Assembly (NCBI GenBank): GCA_965112735.1
Contig: OZ218952.1
Coordinates: 5,332,001-5,396,000, forward strand
Reading direction: 5' to 3'
DNA length: 64,000 nt
Source: Phaeosaccion multiseriatum
Lineage: Eukaryota > Protista > Ochrophyta, other classes
Part shown: in pieces, positions 22,962 to 40,421 of the stretch
How positions within the stretch are numbered: the stretch's first letter is position 1
Layout of the letters: every line of letters starts with the position of its first letter
Translations under genes and position numbers: made by a program
The notes under the pieces: model-generated
Databases searched by the model: none
What the model was told of the DNA's origin: nothing
What the model saw: only the letters and a program-made list of their open reading frames with translations

Positions 22962-25734
22962 ATGGTTAGAGCGGCAGTCTTAGGAGCGGCGGCGGCGGTC
23001 GTGGCGGTGTCGACGAGCAGCGTGCTTGGCTTCAGTGGCCTGGCTCCTCTCCGGCCGAGCCAGAATGTTTATAGCGGTAGCAGCAGTAGTAGAAGAAGTA
23101 GTAGCAATAGTAGCATCCGGAGGAGAAGATTGGACGAAGCCGGAAGCTACTCATATAGATCCTCGCCTGAACCAGTCCTGTGTGAAGCTTCTTCCTCGTC
23201 CACCTCTTCATCCTCCTCCTCCTCGTGGTCAGCGTCTAATAGTGGCACGCCTGGGTGCCAAGTGAACTCAAGAAAAGGTGAGTGGAGGTTCGAGATGATA
23301 CATGCATCGCCACGGCAACTCGGTTTGCGCTGGGTGGCTCGCTCGAGACAGCGAGAGACAAGGACTGCCCGCCAAATTACCCAACTCAGATGTCCTGTAG
23401 AGTACCATGTTTGCCCTGCTGTGCCTGACGCCCTCTCCCCCAACCATTGTGCTCCCACTACCACTGTGATGGCGTTTGCGCAGCTGGGCGTCGATCGTCT
23501 CGACATACACTACAGGCCGCCAAAGGCAAGGGAACGGCGGAGGCGGAGGCGGCGGCGGCGGCGGAGGAAGACCCCGACCGCTATTCCAAAGCCCTCACAT
23601 ACACATCGCTCTCCGTGGCCGCCGCCTTCCTCTTCGGCAGCGGCATCAGCATGGTCGAGGGCACAGACGCAGCTCTACAGGTGCAGGCCGACGCGAGAGA
23701 GGAAGGGGGGACGGGATAGATCATAGCCGCTTCGATAGCGAGAGAGGAGGGGGAGGGGGGGCTAAGCTGGCCTGGGTTAGCCTTGGCGGAGTCGTGGAGT
23801 TGTGGGGCGGGGAGCTTATGAACTGCTGCGGACTGAATTGAAGCGGTCATGATGCGTGCATGCACCTTGCACGGCGAAGAGAAGGGCCTCGCGGCTGAGG
23901 CGCCTAAGGGGGGGGGGGGGCAGCAGAGCGTGCAGCGGTCAGATCAAGAAGCCAGTGCCGCTTTTGGTCTCTCTCTCTCTCTCACACACACACACACTCT
24001 CTTCCTCTCTTTCGCTCCGTCCCTCTCGCTCTCCCTCCCTCTCTCGTTCCCTCTGCCTTTCCATCCTTCTCTCTCACTCCATCTCTGGCTCGAAACACTG
24101 CTGCAGCTCTTCCCTCTCATCTCATCTCACGACCCCCCTTCCGTTCCCCTGTCGCCTTTCCCCTTTCCCCTCTCGCTCGCCTCGCCGCCCCGTCCCATCC
24201 CACCTCCCTGTATGTCTCTCTCTCTCTGTGTGTGCGCGTGCGTGTGTGTGCACACCACTTTTTCGACACTTTTCCCTGCTGAACCCCCCCCCCCCCCAAA
24301 AAAAACACAGTTTTTCGCCGGCTACGTTGTGGAGCAGAGCCTCTCTATAGATAACCTCTTTGTATTCCTCCTCCTCTTTGAGTACTTCAAAGTGCCCATG
24401 GCCTACCAACCCCGCGTTCTCTCGTACGGTGTGCTGGGAGCAGTGGTGTTTCGAGGCATCTTCATTCTGCTGGGTGAGGCCGCCATCGCACAGTTTCAAC
24501 CCGTGCTGCTGGGGTTTGCGGGTATTCTGCTGTGGTCCTCCTTCATGATGATGAAGGAGGCGGATGAGGAGGAGGACTTGTCGGAAAACGCTGTGGTCAA
24601 GTTCGCTGAGAAGGTAAGTTGAGTGGAGGGACGTGAGGGAGGGAGGATGAAAGGAGGGAAGGAAGAGAGGGAAGAAGGAAGGAAGGAAGGGAGGGAGGGA
24701 GGCAGGGAAGGAGGGAAGGAGGGAGGGAGGAAAGGAGAGAGGGGGGGGGGCGTTTCGGGACGAGATGGTGGGAACAGAGATGATAAGATAGAAAAGAAAG
24801 ATGGATAGAAGCCCCCTCATCGCTCACCCCGGACCATCCACTGCCATCCCCTCACTCCCAGTTCATGGAGACGACTGAGGAGTACGACGGTGACCGCTTC
24901 TTCACACTCGTGGAGGGTGTCAAGAAGGCCACGCCCCTGCTGCTCGTGCTGGCCTGTGTGGAGCTCAGTGACCTTGTGTTTGCGGTGGACAGCATTCCCG
25001 CCGTCTTCGGGGTCACCACGGTGCGTCCCTTCCGTCCTGCTTGTCTTCCTCGGGATGGCACCGGATGGGGGGGGGAGGATGGCAGTGGATGGGCGGGCCT
25101 TGGCAGAGCAGAAGGAGAGGAGAGGACAGCAGTGGATGGAGGGGGGGGGGGGGGGCTCTGAAGAGCAGAGGACACAGGAGAGGACGGCAGAAGACGGCAG
25201 AGGATGGCCTGGGGCGAAGGAGAGGAGAGTGCCTAGAGAAGGTGGATGGGAGGAGAGGAAAGCAGTACCCACATGCATCGCATTTCATTTATTCGCCCCT
25301 CTGATTCATGAATCTCTCCCTTCTTCCCTCCCACTTCCTCCCCTCTCCCTCTTTCCGTCCCTTCCTGCCTCCCCCCTTCCCTCCCCCCCTCCCTCCTTTT
25401 CTCCCTCCCTCCCTCCCTCCCTCCTTCCCTCTCGCTCACCCATATGCCTACATATCCCTACCGCTATACCCCACAGGACCCCTTCATCGTGTACACGTCC
25501 AATATTTTCGCCATTTTGAATTTGCGCTCGCTGTACACCATCCTGGCAACCGCCATGAGCGACCTTGCCTACCTCAAGCCGGCCGTCGCTGTGGTGCTCG
25601 CGTTTGTGGGGGTCAAGCTTGGGGTTGAGTTCTTCGGCTATCCCGTGGGTACGGGCCTGTCGCTGGGCATCATCGCAAGCTGCCTTGGAGGGGGGGTGGG
25701 GCTCAGTCTCGTGGAGAATGCCCGGGCCGAGTGA
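22962..25734 (+). CDS. terC: Plastid-targeted TerC family membrane protein (about 5 exons)
   Basis: Signal peptide MVRAAVLGAAAAVVAVSTSSVLG-F and TerC motifs 'FFAGYVVEQSLSIDNLFVF', 'VELSDLVFAVDSIPAVFGVT' and 'DPFIVYTSNIFAILNLRSLY'. Confidence 0.93.
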
Positions 25735-27547
25735 GAGAGAGAGAGGGACAGGAAGGCCGCGGCGGGGACGAGGTGGGGACGTCACCACCGCGTGAGGGGG
25801 ATGTGAATCGATGCTCCGGGTCAGACGGTCTCCGATTCGGCACATTGTCCCAGTTACAGGATGAGACTGGAGAGGGCCGGCAGCATGAGGGCATGAGGTA
25901 CAGCAGTGAGGGCATGCGGTAGAGCAGAGAGAGGAGTGGAGCAGGCGGGGGCTGGGGGCTCGAGCCTGTTCTCTTGCTAGAGCGAGGAGGCGAGGAAGGC
26001 GAGAAGGCAGAGGTCTCGCCTTCCTCTCCCTCCCCCTGCCCGCGGTATAGACTGACCTCATCGCATCTTTGGCGCACACACACACATACACACACACGTA
26101 CACATACACGCATAGAGAGAGAGAGAAGGCAGCGGACGGACAAGGCGAGGAGGAGGAAGCCACTCACTCCCTTAGGACGAAGGGAGAGAACGAAGCATGG
26201 TATGCCTCCTCAAAGATCAGAGAGGAGGCCTCAGCATGCACGAGAGCCGTGTTGCGTTGCTTACTACTCTTGGGTCAAGTAGGACCCAAGTAGGACCCCA
26301 GTAGGATCCAAGTCCCTCCCCTCTTTTCGGGCGCGCTGTGTCGTCTTGTGCTCTGTGCTCTGTCCGCCCAACCCCGGCCGCTGTGTGGATGCAGCGTCGC
26401 ACCGAGATAGAGACTGGGTTGATTGATCGGTGGATGGATAGAGACTGGGTTGATTGATCGGTGGATGGATAGAGCCGCGCACTGTCGTGCTGATTATAAA
26501 TATGCAGTAGAAGTGCTAGAAGAGAAAATGGAGAAAAGACTTCCGTATCGAATCGAGCGTTCGTGCCGGGCTCTCTGGAGCGCCACTGCCAATCGCCTCT
26601 GTGACTCCGTATGACGCAAACAGCCCTCTTGTCCATGTGTTGGTGCCCCCCAGCCGTGTGGGTGGCGAGTGTTTTCATGATAAACACCTGTGCTGACGGA
26701 CCAAATGCCCCTTGCTGACCCATCCCCCCCCCCGAAGGTACCAGAGGGTACCTTATGGGGTTATAGTGGATGTCTCCACCCTGTCCTTCCATGCCTTCCC
26801 TTGGCACCCCATACTCGGTTCGCTTCGTGGCTTCCGCCTTCTTGCATGAATTTCTTATATACATTACTGTGCACCATCTTCTCGCTACTGCCTGATTTTC
26901 TCAACAGGCCCCATGCCAGCCGCCTTGCTTCCTCTTCGACGTTCCAAGCAAACGCTGACCTCGCCATGGTCCTCCCAACTCCTCCTGCTGCTGCTGCTGC
27001 TGTATCACCAACTGCTGCTGTATCACCAACTGCTGCTGCTGCTGCTGCTGCTGCTGTATCACCAACTGCTGCTGCTGCTGCTGCTGCTGCGCTTCAAGGT
27101 TCGGTAGGGGGGCAGGCCGACTGCTCGGGAGGGAGGGAGGGAGGGAGGGAGGTACAAAAGGTCGGACCGCATGAATCACCAACGCGTGGTGCTGTGCCTC
27201 TCGACCTCTTGCCCAAAGGGGGATGGGGCTACTCAGTATTATACATAAACGTCGCCGTGAGGGCCTCCACCCCCCCACCCATCCATCCACCCATCCATCC
27301 ACCCACCCATCCACCCATCCATCCATCCATCCATCCATCCATCCATCCGCCGCACCGCCCCCACCCCCCCCCCCCCCAGTTTCTCTGTAACTGACTCTGT
27401 ACAGCTAAATAGTTACTCTTGCTTGTCGCCTTACACTTCCCTCCCACCACCACCACCACCACCACCACCACCACCACCACCACCACCGGTCGGTCAGCCT
27501 CCCACCCGCCCTCGCGCTCCTCTCCTCCTCCTCGTCGCTCTCCCTCA

Positions 27548-32034
<4,487 letters not shown>

Positions 32035-32259
32035 CGTAGGTCCTCTTTGTCGTCCGCTCGAGAACTAAAACTCTGGAAGCAACACTCGCAGGATGCGTGC
32101 GTCGCCAAGCCGTCTGGGCTGTATCACCAGGCCTGGTAGGAAGTTTCGCATTTAGCCCACCTGATTATTAAATTCCCGACCGATACGATAACCCGTGGAA
32201 AGGGTCGGCTTTCCCCCTCCTAAGGCCGCCAGTAGAGCGTACACCCGGTCGCTATCACC

Positions 32260-32960
32260 ATGCTATCCCTTTACCATGAGAAGGACGAGAAGCTGGCCTC
32301 GGTGCAGAAGGTACATGCGCTGAAGATGAAGCGGCTCGCTTTGGAGATCGAGCTGCTCAAGGTGATAGAAAAAGGGAAGAAAGTCCAGGTAAGTGGTCCT
32401 CTGTCTCACACCTGACTTACACCCCTAATGCGAATGACAATTGCAGCAAACTTCTCTTCACCTCTCTTGCATCGTGGCTGCTCCTTTCCCCTTCCTCTCT
32501 CTTTCTACCCTCTGACCTCTGTTGCCTTTTTGATTGCCAACCTCTCTTGCAGCGTAAAATCAGCGACCGACGGGATGGAAGGGCGAGCAAGTACAGCGAG
32601 GCGCAAATTGCAGAGAAGCTTGGGGCTATGACTACCCCATACCTCCAAGCTCAGGGTGGGGCAGGTGGTGACACCACCAGCAATGGCGCTGCTGATGCCA
32701 AAGTCTCCCTCGACATGGTGCGCTGCCTGCATTTCCGAACCAGCAAGCAAGCAGACGAAGCCCATGTCAAGGCCCACATTAGAAAGCTAGAAGGGGGTGA
32801 CCCTCGGACGGCCTTTTACCCCAACCCAAAGACCGAGTTCAGCGACTTCTCCAAGGCTAACCCCGGTGCAAAGCTCTTCACGTCCTCCAAAGCCACTGCC
32901 ACCGCCACCGCCGTGAGGAGGAGCGCTGGCAGCAAGAAGGCGAGAGGGAAGGCGGGGTGA
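32260..32960 (+). CDS. Hypothetical basic protein (2 exons)
   Basis: Exon 32260-32388 (MLSLYHEKDEKLASVQKVHALKMKRLALEIELLKVIEKGKKVQ) splices GT/AG in frame to 32553-32960. No family recognised. Confidence 0.6.
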
Positions 32961-34147
32961 GATGGAGCCTTACTTGCTTCCTCATTCCTCTCATATATGC
33001 TACCGCTTACAATGGGTATTGAACCATCGGGACCACTACTGAGGAGGAGCTTCCGGAGTGCATAGGAGGGGCATGCCCCAGCACCTGTCCGCACACACGC
33101 GAAAGGGAGTCTATTCAGCGACCCCTCAATGACTGAGTAGCCCCCCACCCCTGGAAGTCGGGGGCCGCATACCTGTGCCGATTCCTTCGGAGGTGGGGAG
33201 GGCGCCGGCCTGCTGAGCGAGAGTCGAGCCTGGGGGGGGGGGGCGGGGGAAGGAAGGAGGGGCCAGCCAAAGGGCCAGACGAGCAGCATACGATACAGCC
33301 CGACCCGCGGGTACTCGAGACCAGCGAGAGGACAACCGCAGGGCAGCCGGACAGACTTGAGAGCAACCCCCCGAGACGTCGGAAGGGGCACCATCGCTCT
33401 TCCCAGGAGAGTTGTACAGCCGAGGCTCCGAGGCACCTCACAGAAGCCCCCCGGGAGAGGGGAGGAGTCCCCCGGGAGAAGGGAGGGGTGATTCAGCACG
33501 GTGCCTCCTCCGCCACCCCTCCACCGACTCGACCGAAGAGAGAGAGAGAAGATATATATATAGCGAGAGAGAGAGCGCGCGCGAGAGAGAGAGAAGACAC
33601 ACACAGAGAGAGAAGACAGAGAGTGAGCCAAGTGGAAAGGAAGGAGTGTGACAGGGTGCCGCGATGAGTTCAGAATCGTCCACCACGGACACATCTCGGA
33701 GAGCACCATTGATTGCCATCCGGCGAGGCCTTCATAGAGGGCCACACCCATGCCAGGGCCTTGCGGGCAGTCTGGAAGAAGGAGAGGAGAGGGGAGGACA
33801 GGAGAGAGGAGGGAAGAGGAGAGGGGAGGAGAGGGCAGAGCCGCCCTCAAGCTGCCCTCTCCTCCCTCCCTCCCTCCCTCCCTTGCTTGCTTGTTGCTCA
33901 CGAGAGGTGAGAGCCTTACTCCGATCAAGGCTTTTCCGGAACGATTGAAAATATGCACATCGACATTTTTTGTCGGATCCATCCATCTCTTTGTCCGATG
34001 AGAGGGGATTGTGCGACCACCACTCAGCGCACATATTAACACACTTCGAAACGTTAACTTCGACACGTTAATGTGCCCAGCTGCTTCAACCCAAGGAGCC
34101 GTGGTAGCAGTAGTAGTGCCACCAGCGTGTCCGAGCGAAGGCATCAA
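32816..34147 (-). CDS. Probable downstream exons of a hypothetical gene, possibly continuing the 34307-37294 gene
   Basis: Coding-like blocks are separated by GT..AG pyrimidine-rich intron-like stretches. No family recognised and the exon structure is unresolved. Confidence 0.35.
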   Translation of the reverse strand: MMPSLGHAGGTTTATTAPWVEAAGHINVSKLTFRSVLICALSGGRTIPSHRTKRWMDPTKNVDVHIFNRSGKALIGVRLSPLVSNKQAREGGREGGEGSLRAALPSPPLSSSLLSPVLPSPLLLPDCPQGPGMGVALYEGLAGWQSMVLSEMCPWWTILNSSRHPVTLLPFHLAHSLSSLSVCVFSLSRARSLSRYIYIFSLSLRSSRWRGGGGGTVLNHPSLLPGDSSPLPGGFCEVPRSLGCTTLLGRAMVPLPTSRGVALKSVRLPCGCPLAGLEYPRVGLYRMLLVWPFGWPLLPSPAPPPQARLSLSRPAPSPPPKESAQVCGPRLPGVGGYSVIEGSLNRLPFACVRTGAGACPSYALRKLLLSSGPDGSIPIVSGSIYERNEEASKAPSHPAFPLAFLLPALLLTAVAVAVALEDVKSFAPGLALEKSLNSVFGLG

Positions 34148-34306
34148 AAGGCGTTAAAGACATGAAAGACTTGTCCATCACTCCGTACTCTGCTACTTGG
34201 TGCCAGGTCGTCAGTCAGTAAGTCAGTAAGTCATTCAGTCAAGCAGTCAAGCAGTCAGTCAGTCAGTCAGACAGACAGACAAACAATCAGTCAGTCAGTC
34301 AGTCAG

Positions 34307-34972
34307 TCACCCGACCAGCGTGACTGACGGTGTGACCAAAGAGACCTCGCTGCTGGCCCCTGAGGATAAAGGGCCGCTACCCCTCTCCTGTTGCTTGTTG
34401 CATCCCCTCTCTTGCTTGACCTCTGGACCTCTGTCCGTCTCTTGCTTGACCTCTGGACCTCTCTCTCTCTCTTGCTTGACCTCTGGACCTCTGTCCGTCT
34501 CTTGCTTGACCTCTTGATTTCTGTCCGCCTCTTGCTTGACCTCTGGACCGCTGTCCCTCTCCTGTTGCTTGCTCTTTGGTAGTAGGCCTCCTCTGCTCCT
34601 TTCTTGCGTCTTGTTTCTTGGGACGCCTCCACCACCCCTCTGCTGCTGCTTGCTTTTTGGCTTGACCTCTCGTCCTCTGCCCCCCCTCTCCTGCTGCTGC
34701 TTGCGTCTTCCCCGACCTCCTCCGCCTCCTCCGTGAGCGGCCTCCGCCTCTGCGGCACTTCGTCTCCTGACACCAGCTACTGCACTCCTGACACTCCCAA
34801 CAACCCCCACAGCTGTTGGTGCTACACCAGCAGTCCTCTCCGTGCTGCTGCCCCTCCCTGCTGCACAGTCGAGCGGACCCCCTCCTTCTTTCCCTTCCTC
34901 TTCCCCTTGGTCATCTCGCGTTCTTGCTCTCTCTGTGTTGGTGCTGGTACTGTTACTGTTGCTGTTGCTGTC

Positions 34973-35020
<48 letters not shown>

Positions 35021-37294
35021 ACTGTTGCTGTTACTGTTGGTGCTGGTCTGGAGCATCTGTTGGACGCCTCGCACCATCGATTGCAGCCGCTCCGCGTAGC
35101 TCGAGCTTCCTTCCTCATGCTGCTGTATGACCTGCTGCTGTATGACCAACTCCTGCTCATGATGCTCAGCCGTACACCCGGCGCGGTAGAGACCGCACGC
35201 CGCTTCGAGCAGCGAGGCCGGAGTCGGCACCGCTACAGCCATTGGTGATTCGCCCCTAGCCGTAGCAGTGCGCGGCCTTGCCCTTCTCCTTCGCCGCCCC
35301 TTAACTTGTTGTGTTAAGGGAGCCGTCCCTACCTTGCCTCCCTTGTCCGGCAGTGGCCTCCTCTGAGCCGTGCGAGTGATGGGGCCCGCGTGCTGCCGTC
35401 GCTGCTGCTGCTGCTGTTGCTGCTGATGATGCTGCTGATGATGCCGATGCTGCTGTATCACCACACGTCGCGGCTGAGTCCTGTCCACATCTGGGTTGGC
35501 GCCGGCCATGGGGCTGCTGCTGCTGGTCTGTCTCTGACGGGCGAGGGGCGCTGACTTTGGTCGGGCACGGGGCTGCTGTAAGGTGGATCGCGCTGACCTC
35601 GCTGCGGCAGCTGCTCCCACCACACGACGCGGGTACGAAGCAGCAGAAGAAGAAGAGCAGGAAGATGCAGAGCTACTTGCCCCACTGGCGGCGTACGGAC
35701 TGCCTCGAATGGCATTGATCGCCGGAGAGAAGGAGCCCCGACGGGAAGCCGCTGCTGCCGCCGCCGCTGCCGCCGCCGCCGCAACCGCTGCCTCCAGGGA
35801 AGCAGGGACGCTCACCACCGCCGCTGCCCCCCTCGCAGTGACGCTCGCCGCCCCCAGCCGGCCTGCCGTCGCGTTACTCACCGCCCTCCGAAGGTCTGCA
35901 TCGGAGTAGGAGCGGGCCCAAGGCGCTGAGGAAGAAAGCACGGGAGCTGGGCCCAGGTCCAGCCCTCTTCTGGTGCATCCACCCACAGAGTCGTGGTGAG
36001 GGAAGGGGAAAGAGCCCCCCCCTCCCCCACCCTCGCGTCCGGAGCCCCCACCTTCTTCCCCTCCTCCTCCTCCTCCTCCTCCTGCGATGGCGATGACGTC
36101 TTCAAGCCGCTCCATGGCAGGAGGGCCCCAGCGCCGCACGTTCGGGTCCAAGGGGAAGTCCGCGACGGCGATAGTCACTCGGTCCATCAGGTCCGTCCCT
36201 CTCAGCCTGCCAGCTAAGGTGGATGATGCATGTGCTGCCAGACAGAGCACAAGGGCTGTTGTTTGCCGGCGGAGGGAGGGGTTGGCTTCGGCTCGGAGCA
36301 GGCACGAGAGCGCACGGCGGACTCCGAAGGCCGCCGCTGCGCTCTGCCCCGCCGCCTTGGCTTCACAGGCCGGAGCGTTGCTGATTAGGGTCTGTGCCAA
36401 GGCTATCGCAATGGACGCCACCGGTTCTTCCCGGGAAGCTGCTGCTGTATTACCGCCACCTGCTGATGCTGCTGGGGCGGCGGCGGCGGGAGGAAGCTCG
36501 TCCTCCTGCTTCGCTACTTGCTGTTGATAATGGGAGAGCGAGCAGAGAACCGCGAAGCAGATTTGGAGACCGCCTGCCTGCACTGCTTGGGCCGAGGTTC
36601 TCGTGGCATGCGGCCCGCTGGCGAGGTCAAGGAGGAGGGCAAAGCTGCTAACTGTCACGGCGTCTCCCCCCAACTTCGTCGTCACCCGAAGCGCCCTTCC
36701 CACTACACCGCCATCGATCAGGTCGCCACCTGCTCCTTCCATGCCCCGTCCCTTGAGCAGAAGCGCCATGGCACGCAGAATCTGAGCAGCAATACCCTTC
36801 TCCGTACTCCCAAAGCGCGCAAACAAGGTCAACAGTAGTCGTGCCCCCCCCCCCGATGATGGGCCCACCGCATACTTGGCCGCGAGAGCCGGGCTGGAGG
36901 TCCACTCCTCAATCAAAATCTTCAGGCATTGTACACAGCAAGACGCCTCAGGACTCAACTCACTCTCTTCCTGGGTCTGCCCCGCTCCGTCCCAAGACAA
37001 AGCTCCGGCCTCCAGGTACTCGAGCAGCTCGCCATCCGTGGCTCTGCGGTCCTTCGCCAACTCCCTCAAGATCTTAATTGCCTGCGGCAGCTCTTGCGTC
37101 GGGAGCTTGTGGCATAGGGGGGGGTGCAAAGAAGGAGCTTCCGGCTGCTGCAACCGAGACAAGGTCTTGCTGTTAGGACGTGGGCGCACTCGTCCAATCC
37201 TGGCCTGTGGAACGGGCGAAAAGTTGTAAACATCCCGCAGCATCAGCTCCCTGGGCCCATTTATACCGCTGCTGCTCTTGAAGAGAGCCACCAT
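34307..37294 (-). CDS. Large hypothetical protein with an N-terminal helical (ARM/HEAT-like) region and a low-complexity C-terminus
   Basis: About 1000-codon open frame with amphipathic Leu/Ala-rich helices in the first ~400 aa. A possible donor followed by (GACT)n near 34310 suggests further exons. Confidence 0.7.
34400..34570 (-). repeat. 30-bp coding minisatellite encoding GPEVKQE(T/R)(D/E)R, about 5 copies
   Basis: Repeated 'ctcttgcttgacctctggacctctgtccgt' on the + strand. Confidence 0.85.
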
Positions 37295-37446
37295 CGTGGG
37301 TGGGGAGTTGAGCTGTAAAGACACACACACATCCTCCCCCCTTCCTCTCTGCGTCTCCGACGGCGGCGTAACGGCAGATCGATCAAGACTCTCCCCTCTT
37401 CCCTCTTGGTAGTCTCGCCTGCAGCAGGAGCAGCTGCAGGGGGACG

Positions 37447-39149
37447 ATGAAGCGCTCCGTGCGAGAGCAGCAGCAGCCGCTAAGCCCCCCCAAGCTGCTG
37501 GACAGGAGAGGAGCGAGGCCGCGTGAGGCCGCCCAGGAGAGGATCCACTTCGACTCTCCGGAACAGAAGCCGGGGCATGGGGTGGACAATGGCACCAGTG
37601 GAGGCGGGGCTAGCAGCAGCAGCTCCGAATGGCTCGTACAGGGTGGGGCTAGGAGGCCAGAGCTGGACTGGATGGCGGATCAGAGTAAGTCACGTGAATG
37701 AGATTTTCGAAGCCACCATCACGCCACAGTTCACTAACCACCCACTAACCACCCATTATCTACCCCAGTCGGGCCGGAGGAGTGTGACAATGGAGGCGAC
37801 TTCTCAGGGATTCGGGTGCCCAGCGGCTGCCCCGACGACCTCGTCTGCGAGGAGTGCGAGACGCGACCAGCCACACTTCGTTGCGAGGTACAGATGTGTA
37901 GTGGGCATAGCCAACAGGGAGGGGGGGGGAGAGAAACAAGTTTAGGAAGTAGTAGGCTCGTCTACCGACTCTCAACGAAGAGTGCTCACCGCCACCGCCC
38001 CTCTTCTGGGTGTGGTGTGCCTCCCCCCGCTGCTGCTACTTCTCTTCTCTACGAACTGTCGCCTACTTCCTGCCTGCCCTCCATGCCATCATCCATCCCG
38101 CGCAGGACTGCGAAGAGACACTGTGCGGTCACTGCTGCTCCATCCTGCACCTCAAGGCAAGCACAGGCAGACCGCATGATCACGTGAGGTACGGGGCCGT
38201 GCGTCGCCTTCGAGCGACGGACTTCTCCACTGTCGTGAAGGTGAGAGTGAGAGGGTGTGCTGCGAGCGGAGCCTTCATGCACAGCCGTCAGGCCAGTCGT
38301 CTGAAGTACGAAGAAGTAACCACCCTCTAGTGTAGTGCCCACCGTATACTGCCGTCAGAGCACGTCAGGCCAGTCGTCTGAAGTACGAAGAAGTAACCAC
38401 CCTCTAGTGTAGTGCCCACCGTATACTGCCGTCAGAGCACGAGGGCCTGAGGGCTTCACTTTGACTTGACTGTGTTCGATGCGAGGAGGCAAGAGCAAAA
38501 GAGCCGTGCCTGTCCCTTTGCTACAGCGTCCTTAGTCTTGAAGATTCCCCTCTCATACACCACCCCCGCCTTCCGTCCTCCTTCACTCCCTCCCTCCATC
38601 CATCCATCTATCCTCAGGCCGACGACGACATCATCCCGGATACCCCAGTGCGAGAAGATGACTTGGAAGCTCGACACGTGGACCTCTCCCAGCCCACCGC
38701 TTTGGAGGCGCCTGTCATCAACCTTGCTGCTTCAGTGGCGCCCTTCAACTCCAGCAGCGCCAAGCAGAGGGTGAGTGAGTGAGTGAGTGAGGGAGGGAGG
38801 GAGGGAGAGCTGCCCATGCTCAGGCCTAAGGAATGGATGGATGGATGGATGGATGGATGCACGTCGGTCCTTCCGTCGGTGGGTGGATCACCTGTGGCGT
38901 ACTGACCCATATACCTCTACCGCAGCCTGCTGTGGCGTGGTGAGGTGTGGCCTCTGCCTCCGTCCTTCCCCCCATTCACGAAAAGCAATGGTTTGTCCAT
39001 CAAACATGACTGACTGAGGAGCTCCTCTGCTGCACCCCCCCCCCCCCCCCACACACACGCACACACGCACACACACACGCACACACACACGCACACACGC
39101 ACACACACACGCACACACGCACACACACACACGCACACACACACACGCA

Positions 39150-39182
<33 letters not shown>

Positions 39183-40051
39183 GCACACACACACGCAAAC
39201 ACACACTCACTCCCCACTCAACGTGTTGGTTCTTCATTTGGCCCCTGACGGGAGCACAGAGAGGTGACCTCATTGTGTTTCCCGCCTCTGTAGCAGACGA
39301 GTTGCCGGACTGGCTCACTCCGATTCAGCAGGAGGAGGGGCTTTGCCTCCCTCGAACAAGGGCAGGGGGGAGATCGAGGAAGGGGTCTCGCCACAGACGG
39401 AGGAGAGGAAGGGGGGGGGGTGGGGTGGGAAGGTCGACAGCTGCAACGGCAGGGACTACAGCGGGAGAGACGGATGGCAGTGGATGTGGCGGGGAGGGGC
39501 AGGGTGAGGATAGAGGAGGGAGTAGGAGGAGGAGTAGGAATAGAGGCAAGAGGAGGAGGAGGACGGAGACGAGGAGGAGTGGGAGCAGCCTGGAGGGCGT
39601 TTGGGAGGACGGGTCTGAGCCATCTGGGCAGTCGGGACAGTCGGCCACAGATGGGGAGCAGCAGCAGCCTTGCATAGGGCAGGGGCAGGGGCAGGAGGAG
39701 GGAGAGGAGGGGAAGGAGGGGTGGGCCGCGGTAGGGAGGGGGGGAGAGGAGAGAGGAGAGAGAGGAGAGAGTGGAGCCCAGGGACAGGAACGAGATGGGG
39801 AGGAAGGGCAGGAGGGGGAGGAGGGAGGGCAGCAACAAGAACAAGAAGAAGAGGGGGGACACGAGGGGTGCGAAGGGGGGCAAGAGAGACAAGAAGAGGA
39901 AGAGGAGGAGGAGGTGGTGGAGGAGGAGGAGGAGGAAGAGGAAGGGGAAGGGGAAGGGGAGGAGGAGGACGAGGAGGAGGAGGAGGAGGAGGAGGAGGAG
40001 GAGGAGGAGGAGGAGGAGGAGGAGGAGGAGGAGGAGGAGGAGGAGGAGGAG

Positions 40052-40083
<32 letters not shown>

Positions 40084-40389
40084 TGATGATGATGATGAGG
40101 AGGAGGAGGAGGAGGAGGAAGGAGGAGGAGGATGGAGGCGGGTGCGACCGGCGTGCAGGGAACCGGAGCTGTACGGGTGGGTGCTGGCCCTTGCCATGGA
40201 TCGACACGCAGAGTACGGACAAGCGGCCAGAAGGGGAGACAAGGTGGCTGTGGGCATAGTATGTCACTGGGTGGGTTGGGTGGGTGCGGGGGTGGGTGCG
40301 GGGGTGGGTGGGTGGATGAGAATTTGCTTTACTTGTCTTCGCTGTTGCTGCTGGTGGTGGTGGTTGTGGTAGTGGTGTTGGTGTTGTCG

Positions 40390-40421
<32 letters not shown>

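Noticed and set aside
26690-27400. ORFs containing AAVSPTAA / QQLVIQ repeats
   Set aside because: Explained by three copies of the dispersed motif within (CTG)n; no supported gene model.
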